DNA of 63,642 nucleotides, filler included, from Choristocarpus tenellus KU-1152 (lineage: Eukaryota; Protista; Phaeophyceae): NCBI GenBank assembly GCA_964200185.2. It is 13 parts of 13 records of this genome, joined end to end, with 100 filler letters (N's around TTAATTAATTAA, not from the genome) between each part and the next. Parts side by side here need not be neighbours in the genome. Positions count along the whole stretch, not along the records: positions 61,133 to 63,642 come from CAXNAD020027199.1; 12 more parts are not named here. One strand, given 5' to 3'. The notes under the pieces were generated by a model. That model was not told the DNA's origin. It saw only the letters and a program-made list of their open reading frames with translations, and did not search any database. How positions within the stretch are numbered: the first letter of the stretch is position 1; each line of letters opens with the position of its first letter. Positions 63,528 through 63,642 of this stretch are shown in pieces. The translations under genes were made by a program, and so were the position numbers.

Positions 63528-63642
63528 CTGACAACATCTGAGATGGTTATCAGTGCCTGCGAGAGGGCGCCCCCCCCCCCTTGTCTTGTATATTATAAGC
63601 AGGGGATGATCCTCCGCAACCAAGCCCACCTTGGACGCCTTA

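Overview
Intron-rich eukaryotic nuclear DNA from a flagellated organism (CCDC96 is present). A stramenopile such as a brown alga is an inference only. The window is not contiguous: 12 artificial 100-nt spacers (N44-TTAATTAATTAA-N44) join 13 short contigs, so adjacency across spacers carries no biological meaning. Hand-spliced genes with frame-consistent junctions: a complete HSF-domain transcription factor (-), and partial genes for CCDC96/CFAP184 (-), a tandem receiver-domain protein with a GC-AG intron (+), a YciI-like protein (-), an AzgA/NCS2-like permease first exon (+), and a multi-exon gene that appears to fuse a degenerate amino-DNA-methyltransferase-like domain to a SET-like domain (-). 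The rest is dominated by transposon debris: four MITE families sharing G(A/G)NNCAAA termini (4-bp TSDs in the clearest family), RLE-type non-LTR retrotransposon 3' ends, and hAT and DD39D-mariner remnants. The most striking structures are two long fold-backs built from foreign coding fragments. One (48894-49639) carries what reads as a partiti-like dsRNA-virus capsid fragment and is a candidate endogenous-viral hairpin/siRNA locus. All protein family calls are from motif recognition by eye, not database searches.
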